Of a stretch of 64,000 nucleotides of DNA, positions 8,410-17,713 are shown one piece after another. The position numbers were made by a program, and so were the translations under genes. The notes beneath the pieces are model-generated. The model did not search any database, had not been told where the DNA came from, and saw only the letters and a list, made by a program, of their open reading frames with translations. The stretch's first letter is position 1, and each line of letters begins with the position of its first letter. The stretch is from an uncultured Candidatus Binatia bacterium (GTDB lineage Bacteria; Desulfobacterota; Binatia; UBA9968; JAJDTQ01). The DNA is taken from positions 224,001 through 288,000 of the forward strand of contig OZ244070.1 of the NCBI GenBank assembly GCA_965215605.1, written 5' to 3'.

Positions 8410-10528
8410 ATCCTTTCCCCACGAAGATCCGCACGTTGCGGAACCCGTCGATCTCGGCCCGGTCCCGCGGGTTCACCACCACCGTGGTCACCGGGGTCTC
8501 GATGACCGCCGGGCCGGACAGTTCCATGCCCGGGCACATGCGCTGGAAGTCGTAGATGCGGGTGGGGGCGAACTCGCCCAGCTCCTCGAAGAACACGTTG
8601 CGGGGCGGTTTGAGGGCCTCGTCCGCGGGCGCCTTGCGCGCCGGCTCCTTCCTGACCCGGGGCTTCGCCAACAACCCCACCGCGGTGACCCGGAAGGTGA
8701 GAATCTCCTTGCCCGCCTCCCGGTAGCCGGAGCCCTTGCCGTAGGCCTTCTCGTAGGCGTCGTCGAACTCGGCGTAGAGCCGCTCCAGGTCGACCTCCGC
8801 CAGGGACGAGGTTCCCGCAGGCAGCGGTACGTTCAGTTCGTGCACTTGATAACGGTAGCGCATGTCGGCGCTGCGCGTGATCGCCATTTCGGAAGGGCCG
8901 AAACCGGCGGCGCCCAGGTCCGCCCGCGCCCTGCGGATCAGCTCGTCGAAGTTCGCGTTGACGCGGCCGGGATCGGCCGGCACCTGGAGGTGATCGGACT
9001 TGCCGTACTCGTGGACGACGTCGGAGCTGATGAGGCCCGTGGCGCCGTGCACCGAGGCCGTGGGCGGGATCACCACCTGCCGGACGCCGAGGTCGGCGGC
9101 GTAGCGGCTGGCGTGCACCGGCCCGGCACCGCCGAAGGCGAACAGCACGAACGAGCGCGGATCGTGCCCCTTCTCCACCGTCGCGCGGCGGATCAGATCG
9201 CTCATGTGCGCGTTGGAGATGCGGTAGATGCCGCGGGCCGCCTCGGACGCGCTCATGCCCAGGGGCTGCGCGATCCGCCTTGTCACCGCCCCAAGCGCGG
9301 CGTCGCGGTCCAGCCGCATGCGCCCGCCGAGGAAGTAGTCGGGGTTGAGGTAGCCGAGGACGAGATCCGCGTCGGAGACCGTGGGCTCGGCACCGCCGAG
9401 GCCGTAGCACACCGGCCCCGGACGGGCGCCAGCGCCCTCGGGCCCCACCTTGAGAAGGCCGGTCTCTTCCTCGATCCAGGCGACGCTGCCGCCGCCGGCG
9501 CCCACGGACTCGACCCAGATCTTGGGGGCCAGCACCCGGTGGCGGAGCACCACCGGCGTGTAGTCGCGCTCGATCCGCCCTTCCCGTACCACGCCCACCT
9601 TGAACGTGGTGCCGCCCATGTCGGTGGCCAGGATGTCGTGCTCGCCGATCAGCTCGCCCAGGAAACGGGTCCCCACCACCCCCGACACGGGTCCGGATTC
9701 GATGGTGCCCACGGCGTTGCGGCAGGTGGCCTCGATGTCGAGCACGCCGCCGTAGGCCTGCATGATCATCGGCGGCTTGGCCAGCCCCTTGCCCCGCAGC
9801 ACCTGATGGAGATTGACGAGGTAAGCGGAGATGCGCGGGCCGATGTAGGCGTTGAACACCGTGGTGGCGGTGCGCTCGTACTCGCCGACGAACGGCGCCG
9901 TGGCACTCGAAAGGGTGACGTAGACGCCTGGATGACGGCGCCGCAGGATGCCGGCCACCGCCTTCTCGTGGGCGTCGTTGGCCACGGACCAGAGCAGGCA
10001 CACGGCGACGGACTCGACGCCGCGCGCCACCAAGTCGTCCAGGGCGGCGGCGGCCTGCTCCTCGTCCAGGGGCACGGTAACGGCGCCCTTGTAGTCCACG
10101 CGTTCGTTCACCTCGGCCACCAGGGAGCGGGGAACGAAGGGCTCGGGCTTGCGCAGCCAAGCCAGCCGGCCGGCCTCGGCCTCGGTAAGCCCGTCGGTCA
10201 CCTTGCCGCGCATCATGAGCAGCGTATCCGGAAAGCCCCGGGTCGTCACCAGGCCGGTCCTCGGACCGGAGCGGGTGATCAGGGTGTTCTCGCCGATGGT
10301 GCAGGCGTGGAAGAAAAGCGTGGTTTGCCGGAGGAGATCCTCCTCGTCGCCAAGGCCGATATTGCGGGCCGCGTCCCGCACCGCGTCGGCAGCGCCGACG
10401 GAATAGTCCGGCGGCGTGGAAAGCGACTTGCCCACCACCATCTCGCCTTGGTCGTTGACCACGACGCAGTCGGTAAAGGTGCCGCCGATGTCCACGCCGA
10501 CCACGTATCGACCTCGGTAATCACTCAT
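8381..10528 (-). CDS. hydantoinase A/oxoprolinase family protein
   Basis: VGVDIGGTFTD, EYERTATT, ESGPVSG, DMGGTT, GPEGAGARPGPVCY, FGGAG. Confidence 0.92.
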   Translation of the reverse strand: MSDYRGRYVVGVDIGGTFTDCVVVNDQGEMVVGKSLSTPPDYSVGAADAVRDAARNIGLGDEEDLLRQTTLFFHACTIGENTLITRSGPRTGLVTTRGFPDTLLMMRGKVTDGLTEAEAGRLAWLRKPEPFVPRSLVAEVNERVDYKGAVTVPLDEEQAAAALDDLVARGVESVAVCLLWSVANDAHEKAVAGILRRRHPGVYVTLSSATAPFVGEYERTATTVFNAYIGPRISAYLVNLHQVLRGKGLAKPPMIMQAYGGVLDIEATCRNAVGTIESGPVSGVVGTRFLGELIGEHDILATDMGGTTFKVGVVREGRIERDYTPVVLRHRVLAPKIWVESVGAGGGSVAWIEEETGLLKVGPEGAGARPGPVCYGLGGAEPTVSDADLVLGYLNPDYFLGGRMRLDRDAALGAVTRRIAQPLGMSASEAARGIYRISNAHMSDLIRRATVEKGHDPRSFVLFAFGGAGPVHASRYAADLGVRQVVIPPTASVHGATGLISSDVVHEYGKSDHLQVPADPGRVNANFDELIRRARADLGAAGFGPSEMAITRSADMRYRYQVHELNVPLPAGTSSLAEVDLERLYAEFDDAYEKAYGKGSGYREAGKEILTFRVTAVGLLAKPRVRKEPARKAPADEALKPPRNVFFEELGEFAPTRIYDFQRMCPGMELSGPAVIETPVTTVVVNPRDRAEIDGFRNVRIFVGKGFTSFPTRDP

Positions 10529-11505
10529 ATAGGGTTGATATAATTACGGTTTTTAAGGGATCTGACCTGCGGATCGCCAGGCATCTCCACGCCCCAGTCA
10601 AGCATCTTCTCGTAGCGCCAGGATGACGTTCTGCCATCCGGATACATCGTTGGAATTTCGGCCTGGTATCTTGATTTTCGGCCTGCCGGATCTTCTTCGG
10701 CAAAGACCGCGACCACGCGGGCTTCGACAGAACGCCGCCTTGGCGCATCCTCCCGTGTCGTCGGATCGTTGAAGGCGGTGTGAAAGGTGACCCGGGAGGC
10801 CAGATCCTCGATGCGGGAATCGTATTGCCTGAAGATCATCGCCTCATTCGGCTCCATCCGTGGAAAGTAATGCCAGTTCTGGGCCATGTCATGAACAAGG
10901 CGGTACAATACCAGGCGGGTGGCCGGCTCGGTCAGGCGCCATCCATCGGAACTGATCATGTCATCGGCCAAGATGGTCGAATGGTCGCACAACGCAAGGG
11001 GTTTTGACTCGATTGCCTGCAGGGGGTCCGTGCTGCGCCAGACAGTGTAGACGCCGAAGTGATGGCCATCAGGTATGTCGAGCACTTCCTCGACATAGGG
11101 AGTCAGATCCGCGTGGGGCGTCTCCGCATAGGTCCCGGCGCCGTTGGGCGAACTTGGCACGCCGGTGCGAAACTCGTGCTGCATGGTCCGTGCACGAAGG
11201 CATCCGGTTGCCGCCATGACCAACTCCGCGCACTGGTCGTAGAACCGGGAAACGACATCGTCATGATTGCCGTAATCGATATCGATCGGCGCATGCACAA
11301 GCTCGAATCCCATGCGCCCGATGGTGGCGGCCGGTTCGAGGGCGCGCGCATCGTGAACGCGGATCGGCTTGACAACGAGCACTTCCGAATGATCGGCCCC
11401 ATCACCGTGGCATGGCAGCCGGAACCCCCGGTATCTCGGATTCACGAAGGCACTTTCCGAAACAACAAACGACGTATCGGGAAACAATGGCAGAGTTCTC
11501 ATCAT
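10525..11505 (-). CDS. CmcJ/NvfI-family putative Fe(II)/2-oxoglutarate oxygenase (copy 1)
   Basis: VHDAR...GFELV, PHAD (H-x-D), VWRS, PLALCD, WHYFPRM..E, FRQYDS, TFHTAF.DP, RRSVEAR. Confidence 0.75.
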   Translation of the reverse strand: MMRTLPLFPDTSFVVSESAFVNPRYRGFRLPCHGDGADHSEVLVVKPIRVHDARALEPAATIGRMGFELVHAPIDIDYGNHDDVVSRFYDQCAELVMAATGCLRARTMQHEFRTGVPSSPNGAGTYAETPHADLTPYVEEVLDIPDGHHFGVYTVWRSTDPLQAIESKPLALCDHSTILADDMISSDGWRLTEPATRLVLYRLVHDMAQNWHYFPRMEPNEAMIFRQYDSRIEDLASRVTFHTAFNDPTTREDAPRRRSVEARVVAVFAEEDPAGRKSRYQAEIPTMYPDGRTSSWRYEKMLDWGVEMPGDPQVRSLKNRNYINPI

Positions 11506-13016
11506 GACGTCGGCAGGTCCTGGAATTCGGGCGGTTGTGCCTTGCAGTAATCGTCAATGAATTGCTGGTGGTCCGGAAACTGGTCCACCTGCTTGTCGAC
11601 ATTTTCGTGGATGTCAGCCAGGTATTGCCCGAACTCCTCGTCGCTCATCGCATTGGCGATCGGGTGATACTGTTCCGGAATCAGACCCTGGCCCAGCATG
11701 ACCTGCGCCCATGACGTGGTGCCGAACAGTTCCGCCTGGTTCCACGCTATCCGGCCCGTTTGACGAAACAGCTTGATCCGGTGTTCGAGGGAGTCGGGAA
11801 TCTTCATGGTCCGGCACTGCCGCCAGAACGGCGTATCCGAGCGGTTGGTCACATGGTAGTGCAGGATGATGAAATCCCGGATATTGTCGATTTCAAGCTG
11901 CATGTGGGAATTGAACTCTGCGATCCCGGCTTCGCGAATTCCGTTATCGGGGAACATCTGGACCAGGCGGGTGATGCCGCGCTGAATGAGGTGGATGCTG
12001 GTCGATTCGAGCGGTTCGATGAAACCGGATGCCAGTCCCACGGCAACGCAGTTCTTGTGCCAGCACCTGTGCCTCTGGCCGGCTCTGAAACGGATCAGCC
12101 GCGGCTCTGCAAGCACCCGGCCCTGCACATTGTCGAGCAGCCGTGCCCTTGCCTCGTCGTCGGACCAGTGCCGGGAGGAGAACACCATGCCGTTCCCGAC
12201 CCGGTGCTGCAGCGGAATGCGCCATTGCCACCCCGCTTCACGGGCTATCGAGCGGGTATATGGATGCGCGGCTCCGGACGATTCGGTTGGCACCGCGATT
12301 GCGCGGTCACAGGGCAACCAGTCGCCATAATCATCGAAGCCGACATCGAGGGTTTGGCCGATCAGGAGCCCGCGAAAGCCGGTGCAGTCGATGAACAGGT
12401 CGCCGGTGACGAGTTGCCCGGTTTGCAGGCGCAGACCGGTTATGAATCCACTGGCCGGATCCTGTTCCACCTGCTCAATTCGTCCTTCATGCCGGACAAC
12501 GCCAAGCTCCTCGGCAATACCTCGCAGGAATTGTCCGTACAGTCCGGCATCAATATGATAGGCGTAGTTCAGAACGTTGTGCAGGCTGATTGCAAACCGG
12601 TCGCGCAGCGCCGCCGCTGTTTCCGGACAATATTCGCCATAATCCCGGGCCAGGCCCAGCAAATGGCCCCTCAGCCAGTAATGCTGAAAGCCGGCGGTCC
12701 AGCGCTCCCTGCCGACCCACCCGAAGGAATGGAAGTAGTCTTCGCCCAGGTCCCGCCAGTTCTCGAACGAAATTCCAAGCTTGAAGGTACCCTGTACGGC
12801 CCGCAGGAAATCAGTCTCCCTGACATCCATGTATTCGTGAAAAAGTCGCAGCGGTGGAATCGTCGCTTCACCCACCCCGACAGTGCCGATATCGTCGGAT
12901 TCGACCAGGACAATGTCCAGGGTTTCGCCAAGTTGCCGGGCAAACATTGCCGCAGCCATCCATCCGGCAGTCCCACCTCCGGCGATCACGAGTTTCCTGA
13001 TTTTCCTATTGTGCAT
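11502..13016 (-). CDS. flavin-dependent halogenase, tryptophan halogenase family (copy 1)
   Basis: GGGTAG FAD motif, VGVGEATIP, GTFKLGI (catalytic Lys position), GWQWRIPL (WxWxIP), GFIEPLESTSI. Confidence 0.93.
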   Translation of the reverse strand: MHNRKIRKLVIAGGGTAGWMAAAMFARQLGETLDIVLVESDDIGTVGVGEATIPPLRLFHEYMDVRETDFLRAVQGTFKLGISFENWRDLGEDYFHSFGWVGRERWTAGFQHYWLRGHLLGLARDYGEYCPETAAALRDRFAISLHNVLNYAYHIDAGLYGQFLRGIAEELGVVRHEGRIEQVEQDPASGFITGLRLQTGQLVTGDLFIDCTGFRGLLIGQTLDVGFDDYGDWLPCDRAIAVPTESSGAAHPYTRSIAREAGWQWRIPLQHRVGNGMVFSSRHWSDDEARARLLDNVQGRVLAEPRLIRFRAGQRHRCWHKNCVAVGLASGFIEPLESTSIHLIQRGITRLVQMFPDNGIREAGIAEFNSHMQLEIDNIRDFIILHYHVTNRSDTPFWRQCRTMKIPDSLEHRIKLFRQTGRIAWNQAELFGTTSWAQVMLGQGLIPEQYHPIANAMSDEEFGQYLADIHENVDKQVDQFPDHQQFIDDYCKAQPPEFQDLPTS

Positions 13017-13409
13017 AACCTGCCTCTGGAGGGTCGACTTGGCGTATTCGCGCCATTGCCGGACTGGTACAGGGCGGTTCAGGGCGGTTCAGTGTGGGCA
13101 AAATCTGCAGTCTGACATACGAGGCATCGACCAGGCCCGGAAGTCGGGGACCGGGCATCATGGGAATGGCGACACTGGCGTGCACCCATGACCGGCAGCG
13201 TTGGAGGATGGAAGTCCCGCTGGAAGAGACGGCAGCTCACCCGAAGGGAATGGTGCAGACTCCAGACCGGTCTGCCTGTGCCTCGATCTGTGACGGTGAG
13301 TTCATGTCCGTTCGCCCTGTTCTCTGAACATTGGCACAACGGCATTGCTTGGCAGGAAGAATGGCTCCGGCAGAAAATCAGCAGATCACTGCCGGAGACC
13401 CGACAATGC

Positions 13410-13670
13410 TCACCAGGTGTGGATGTCACCAATCCCGCCGGCAACGCCGCTGATTTCCTCATCCGACAGGCTGCGGCCCGCCGGTGGCAGGACCAGGTGA
13501 TAGTCGGTGGCGTTGTCTTCAAGGACATGGATGTTGATGCCGTCCGGAACCGAAAGCCCGGTCGCGTCCTTGATGGCTGCCTTCGGGTCATTCAGGAGCC
13601 GGGCGCGGAATTCTCCGTCCTCGTCGGCCTTGGCAAGTACCTGCGCCTCGATCTGTGATTGTCTGCTCAT
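13410..13670 (-). CDS. NHLP-leader RiPP precursor 1 (86 aa; predicted core IGDIHTW)
   Basis: AAGGAG RBS; leader KADEDGEFRARLLNDPKAAI...HLVLP...LSDEEISGVAGG double-glycine site followed by a 7-aa core. Confidence 0.88.
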   Translation of the reverse strand: MSRQSQIEAQVLAKADEDGEFRARLLNDPKAAIKDATGLSVPDGINIHVLEDNATDYHLVLPPAGRSLSDEEISGVAGGIGDIHTW

Positions 13671-13742
13671 GTCTTTCTCCTTATTCTCTGAACATCGCCA
13701 TAGCGACATGACGTCCTGCCGTTTTCCACGGCCATTGAACCT

Positions 13743-13771
13743 CAACTACTTCAGGTCATTGTTCGAGTCAA
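13743..13771 (-). promoter_or_regulatory. putative sigma70 promoter for precursor 1
   Basis: TTGACT-N17-TAGTTG on the minus strand. Confidence 0.35.
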
Positions 13772-13858
13772 CCCGATTGTTGCAAACTCTGGCGTTCCGT
13801 AAGCGTAAGCGAAACGTAAGCAACTGGCAGCAGAACGGGGCCAGCCGCACACCGGCGG

Positions 13859-14776
13859 CTATCCCGCGTTCCAATCGAGCATCACTTCGTGACGCGACGC
13901 CGCCGGGGTGCCGTCGAGATGGACTGTCGGAACCTCGGCCTGGAATCTGGCCCTTCTGACTTCGCGCTCCGTGTCGTCCTCGCGGAAGACCGCGACGACG
14001 CGCGCCTCCACTGATCGACGCAACGGCGCGTCCTCCCGGGTCGTCGGATCCTTGAAGGCGGAATGAAAGGTCATCCTGCGATTCGGCTCCTCCCGGCGCG
14101 AATCATACTGCACGAAGATCAGCGCCTCGTCCGGCGTCATGCGCGGAAAGTAGTACCAGCACTGACCGAGATTGTGGACAAGGCGGTAGTCCACCAACAG
14201 CGTTGGCGGTTCGGTCCGTCGCATACTGTCGGCGCAGACCATGTCGGTGCGGGATACGGTGGCGCCGTCGCAAAGGGCCAGCGGCATGAACTCTATTTCC
14301 CGTTCCGGATCGATACTGCGCCAGACGTTGAACAGGCCGAAATGCCGCCCTTCCGGGATATCCACGACGTCCTCGATGTAGGGGGTCACGTCGCCGTGGG
14401 CCGGCAGTCCATAGGCGCCGTTGGGGGTTCCATCCCTGAACTCATGTTGCATGACCTCCGCGGCCAGGCATCCGGTCGCCGCTCTGACAAGGTTCAAACA
14501 ATATTCGTAGAAGCGCGTCTTGACGAGCTCCCTGTTGGAGAAATCGATGCGAATGGGAGCTTCCACCAACTGGAAGCCCTGGTCATCGAGACTCGGAGCC
14601 TGCTCGAGCGCGCGGGCGTCATGGACCCGGATCGGCTTGCGGAGAAACATCTGCCGCCTCTCATCCAGATCGAGGGTTTGCTCGTACCCCAGGCGCTTGC
14701 CGCGATACTTTGGGTTCGCGAAGATCGTGTCCGAGATTACCGAGGGCGCGTCTGCCAAGGCCGGGATTCGTCTCAT
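13859..14776 (-). CDS. CmcJ/NvfI-family putative Fe(II)/2-oxoglutarate oxygenase (copy 2)
   Basis: Clear paralogue of 10525..11505: PAHGD, NVWRS, PLALCD, WYYFPRM, QYDS, TFHSAF.DP, RRSVEAR. Confidence 0.75.
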   Translation of the reverse strand: MRRIPALADAPSVISDTIFANPKYRGKRLGYEQTLDLDERRQMFLRKPIRVHDARALEQAPSLDDQGFQLVEAPIRIDFSNRELVKTRFYEYCLNLVRAATGCLAAEVMQHEFRDGTPNGAYGLPAHGDVTPYIEDVVDIPEGRHFGLFNVWRSIDPEREIEFMPLALCDGATVSRTDMVCADSMRRTEPPTLLVDYRLVHNLGQCWYYFPRMTPDEALIFVQYDSRREEPNRRMTFHSAFKDPTTREDAPLRRSVEARVVAVFREDDTEREVRRARFQAEVPTVHLDGTPAASRHEVMLDWNAG

Positions 14777-14797
14777 GCTTCCATCTCCGGGTTGATC

Positions 14798-17713
14798 TCA
14801 AGCCATTTGCCGCGATGCAAGGTCACGGAACGGACCGTCCGCGTTGAACAGCTCGTCGAAACGGCCGACCTGCACCACGCGGCCGCCCTTCAGCACGTAG
14901 ATCCGATCCGCCTTGCGGATGGTGGACAGCCGGTGGGCAATGACGAAACGAGTGCCGGTGGATTCCTCGACGGCCTTCATCGTCTGCGCCTGGCTCTTGG
15001 TGTCGAGCCAGCTCGTGGGCTCGTCGAGGAAGACGATGCGCGGGTTCCGCACCAGCGCGGCGGCGAGGCCGATGCGCTGACCCTGACCACCCGAGAACGT
15101 CGCCGCGTTCTCGCCTACCGTGGTGTAGAGCCCCATCGGCATGTTGCGGATGTCCTGGTCGACGGCCGCCAGGCGGGCGGCGCGCCACGCATCGACCGTG
15201 GTCAGATCGTTGCCGATGCCGATGATGTTGGTGAGAATGGTGCCGGCCTGGAGCGAGCCGTTCTGCATGACCACGCCGATCTGCCGCCGCACGGCGCCGA
15301 CGTCCAGTTGGGCCAGGTCCTGACCGTCGTAGTACACCGCGCCCGACGACGGCTTCTCCAGCCCCAGCGCAAGCCGGAACACCGTGCTCTTGCCGGCGCC
15401 CGATTCGCCCACCACCGCGACGAACTCGCCGGGCTTCGCGTGAATCGAGACCTCTTGCAGTATCCTGGGGCTGCCCTCGGAATAACTGAAGCTCACCTTG
15501 TCGAGGACGACTTCCCCTTCGAGTGTCGGCCGGATGCCGCGTCGGGCTCCGGCGTCCACCGGGCTCGCGAGTATCGGAAGCACCTGCTCGCATGCCGGCT
15601 TGATGAATGCCACGGCCCTGGCCGAATTGCCCAGCATCACGATGGACAGGCAAAAGACCATGGCCGCGATGTGGACGGCCACGAAGCCCGCCGCCGGGAG
15701 TCCACCGGCGCCTTGCGACGCCACCACCGAGAACAGGACGGCGCTGGCCAGCGCGGGCACTCCGGCGCTGAAGGCGGTGAGGCGTTCGCCGAGGACGGCT
15801 ATCCGGATCTCCGCCTGCTTGTGTTCCCGGTAGCGCTTCGCCCAGGCGGCGAAAGCCGAGTCTTCCGCGCCGGTGGCGCGCAGCTTGGCGATGCCGTTCA
15901 GGAACTGGTGCATGTCGCCGGCGAGTTGGCGCGCCGTTTCGAGGTGGCGCCGCTGCGGTTCGACATTGAGGATGCAAAAGACGGCCGTGGCGCCGAGCAC
16001 GACCATGCCCAGAAACACCATGGCCCAGCCCAGCGCCGCGCTGTGGTAGAACAGCAGCCCGAAGGCAGGCAACACGAACAACGTCGACAACACCGCGTCG
16101 GCCGTGACTCCGGCGACATTGTCCCTGATTTCCTGGAAGACCATGGACCGCGCCACCAGCTCGCCCGCGGTGAAGCGGCGAAAGAAGGCCGATGGCAGGC
16201 GCAGCAGACGGTCCCATACGGTCGAGACGAGCCGCGCGGCCAGACGCCCCTCCAGACGCATGAGCGCAGTGCCGCGGAGGACGTGCGCCGCCGCCGCCAC
16301 GAAGGCCAGCCCCACCAGAACGGCCGAGAACTGAATCAGCGCGGCCGCGTCGCCCGCGGGGATCACCCGGTCGACCAGCAGGTCGACGGCCACGGCCGGC
16401 GCGAGACTCAGCAAACCGGCGCCGAGGCCCGCGGCCACGAGCCGGCCGGTCTCGGTGGCGGCCTTTGTGCCGCCGACACGGAACAACTCGCGCAGTCCGG
16501 CGGCGCCCTCGGCGTGGAGCCTGGGATACAGCAGGCGAGCGTCGCGAATCTCGTGGGTCGTCTCGGCGCTGGCGGGTGTGGACTCACCGGTCACCGGATC
16601 CACCACGCGGTACCGGCCCGCCCGGCCGGGCAGCAGGACGACAGGACGGTCATCGTCGCGCCGAAAGGCCAGCAGCGCGCCGCTGTCCCCCAGGTACCAA
16701 CGGTCTTCCACCAACAGCCGGACTCGGCGCTCACGCACTCCCGACGCCTCGCAGTAATCGCGGAGCGACGGTTCCGCCCCGGCGCCGACGGCCGGCGTAC
16801 TGAATCGGATGCCTTCGTGCCGGCCGATGATCCGCAATGCGTTCCCGAGGGCCGTACCGTCCAACGCCGTCTCGTCACCGGCGTCAGACAGGCTCGACAG
16901 GTTCCGCCTGGCCAAGGCCTTGTCGTGGCGGCGCTGCGAAGCCTGCGCCACCTGCAGATTGGCGTCGTCGACCCGCAGCAGCCGCCGGTGCATGGACTCG
17001 GCGCCGAGAACCAACCGATGAAACTCCGGCAAGGCTGAGGTCAGCAGCGTGGCGATGTCGATCTCGCCGGTGGACACCCCGGTAATGTCCGTGGCCGAAT
17101 GCAGCCTGAGCCAGGTATCCCGGGTCAGGGGCATCATGCCGGGACCGTCCCTCCCCCCGGTGTCCGCCAGATCGAGGAAGGTAGCCTGGAGGTCGTCGGC
17201 CACAACCCAGACCACGCCGCGCTCGGCCGACACGATGCCGCTGCCCGCCGCACCTCCGGGAAGGAGCCGATGCTCGGTTCGGGGATGCTCCTCCATTTCG
17301 CGAACCACGGCGCCGCCCAGGTCCTCGATCCAGGCATCGACCTGCGCGCGCAGCGCGCACGAGAGCCGGTCGGCGTCGTCGCTCCGCTGCGCCGCGTCCA
17401 GCAACCGGTGGAGGGACAAGCAACGCAAGGAGGACCCTTGCAGTCCCTTCGCGATCAGTTTCAGGGAATGAGCGGCCGCGCCGGCGCCGAACGCCAGCCG
17501 GCCCTGCTCCAGGCGCACGACATGCCTGAAGGGCGACTGCATCTGGTCATCGGCGTACTCTGCCGCCAGGACGTCGATGGCTCCTCGTTCGACGAACCAG
17601 ACGACGCCGGCGTCCTGCAGGTGGATCGGGCGGCTTGCGGCGGCTTCCCGTGGCTCGCCGAACGCCGCGGCGAACTCGGCCAGCACGTCCCTCGGTTGTT
17701 CGTCATTCGCCAC
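14798..17713 (-). CDS. NHLP bacteriocin-system ABC transporter permease/ATPase (no active peptidase)
   Basis: N-terminal cNMP-binding-like segment (VWFVERGAIDV), TM domain, GESGAGKST, FSGGQ, FLDEPTS; start uncertain (GTG 17713 or ATG 17758). Confidence 0.85.
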   Translation of the reverse strand: MANDEQPRDVLAEFAAAFGEPREAAASRPIHLQDAGVVWFVERGAIDVLAAEYADDQMQSPFRHVVRLEQGRLAFGAGAAAHSLKLIAKGLQGSSLRCLSLHRLLDAAQRSDDADRLSCALRAQVDAWIEDLGGAVVREMEEHPRTEHRLLPGGAAGSGIVSAERGVVWVVADDLQATFLDLADTGGRDGPGMMPLTRDTWLRLHSATDITGVSTGEIDIATLLTSALPEFHRLVLGAESMHRRLLRVDDANLQVAQASQRRHDKALARRNLSSLSDAGDETALDGTALGNALRIIGRHEGIRFSTPAVGAGAEPSLRDYCEASGVRERRVRLLVEDRWYLGDSGALLAFRRDDDRPVVLLPGRAGRYRVVDPVTGESTPASAETTHEIRDARLLYPRLHAEGAAGLRELFRVGGTKAATETGRLVAAGLGAGLLSLAPAVAVDLLVDRVIPAGDAAALIQFSAVLVGLAFVAAAAHVLRGTALMRLEGRLAARLVSTVWDRLLRLPSAFFRRFTAGELVARSMVFQEIRDNVAGVTADAVLSTLFVLPAFGLLFYHSAALGWAMVFLGMVVLGATAVFCILNVEPQRRHLETARQLAGDMHQFLNGIAKLRATGAEDSAFAAWAKRYREHKQAEIRIAVLGERLTAFSAGVPALASAVLFSVVASQGAGGLPAAGFVAVHIAAMVFCLSIVMLGNSARAVAFIKPACEQVLPILASPVDAGARRGIRPTLEGEVVLDKVSFSYSEGSPRILQEVSIHAKPGEFVAVVGESGAGKSTVFRLALGLEKPSSGAVYYDGQDLAQLDVGAVRRQIGVVMQNGSLQAGTILTNIIGIGNDLTTVDAWRAARLAAVDQDIRNMPMGLYTTVGENAATFSGGQGQRIGLAAALVRNPRIVFLDEPTSWLDTKSQAQTMKAVEESTGTRFVIAHRLSTIRKADRIYVLKGGRVVQVGRFDELFNADGPFRDLASRQMA

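Noticed and set aside
13017-13409. Possible extra small gene or precursor between precursor 1 and the halogenase
   Set aside because: No ORF with an RBS or NHLP/GG motif found; the ORF-track entries look like shadow frames.
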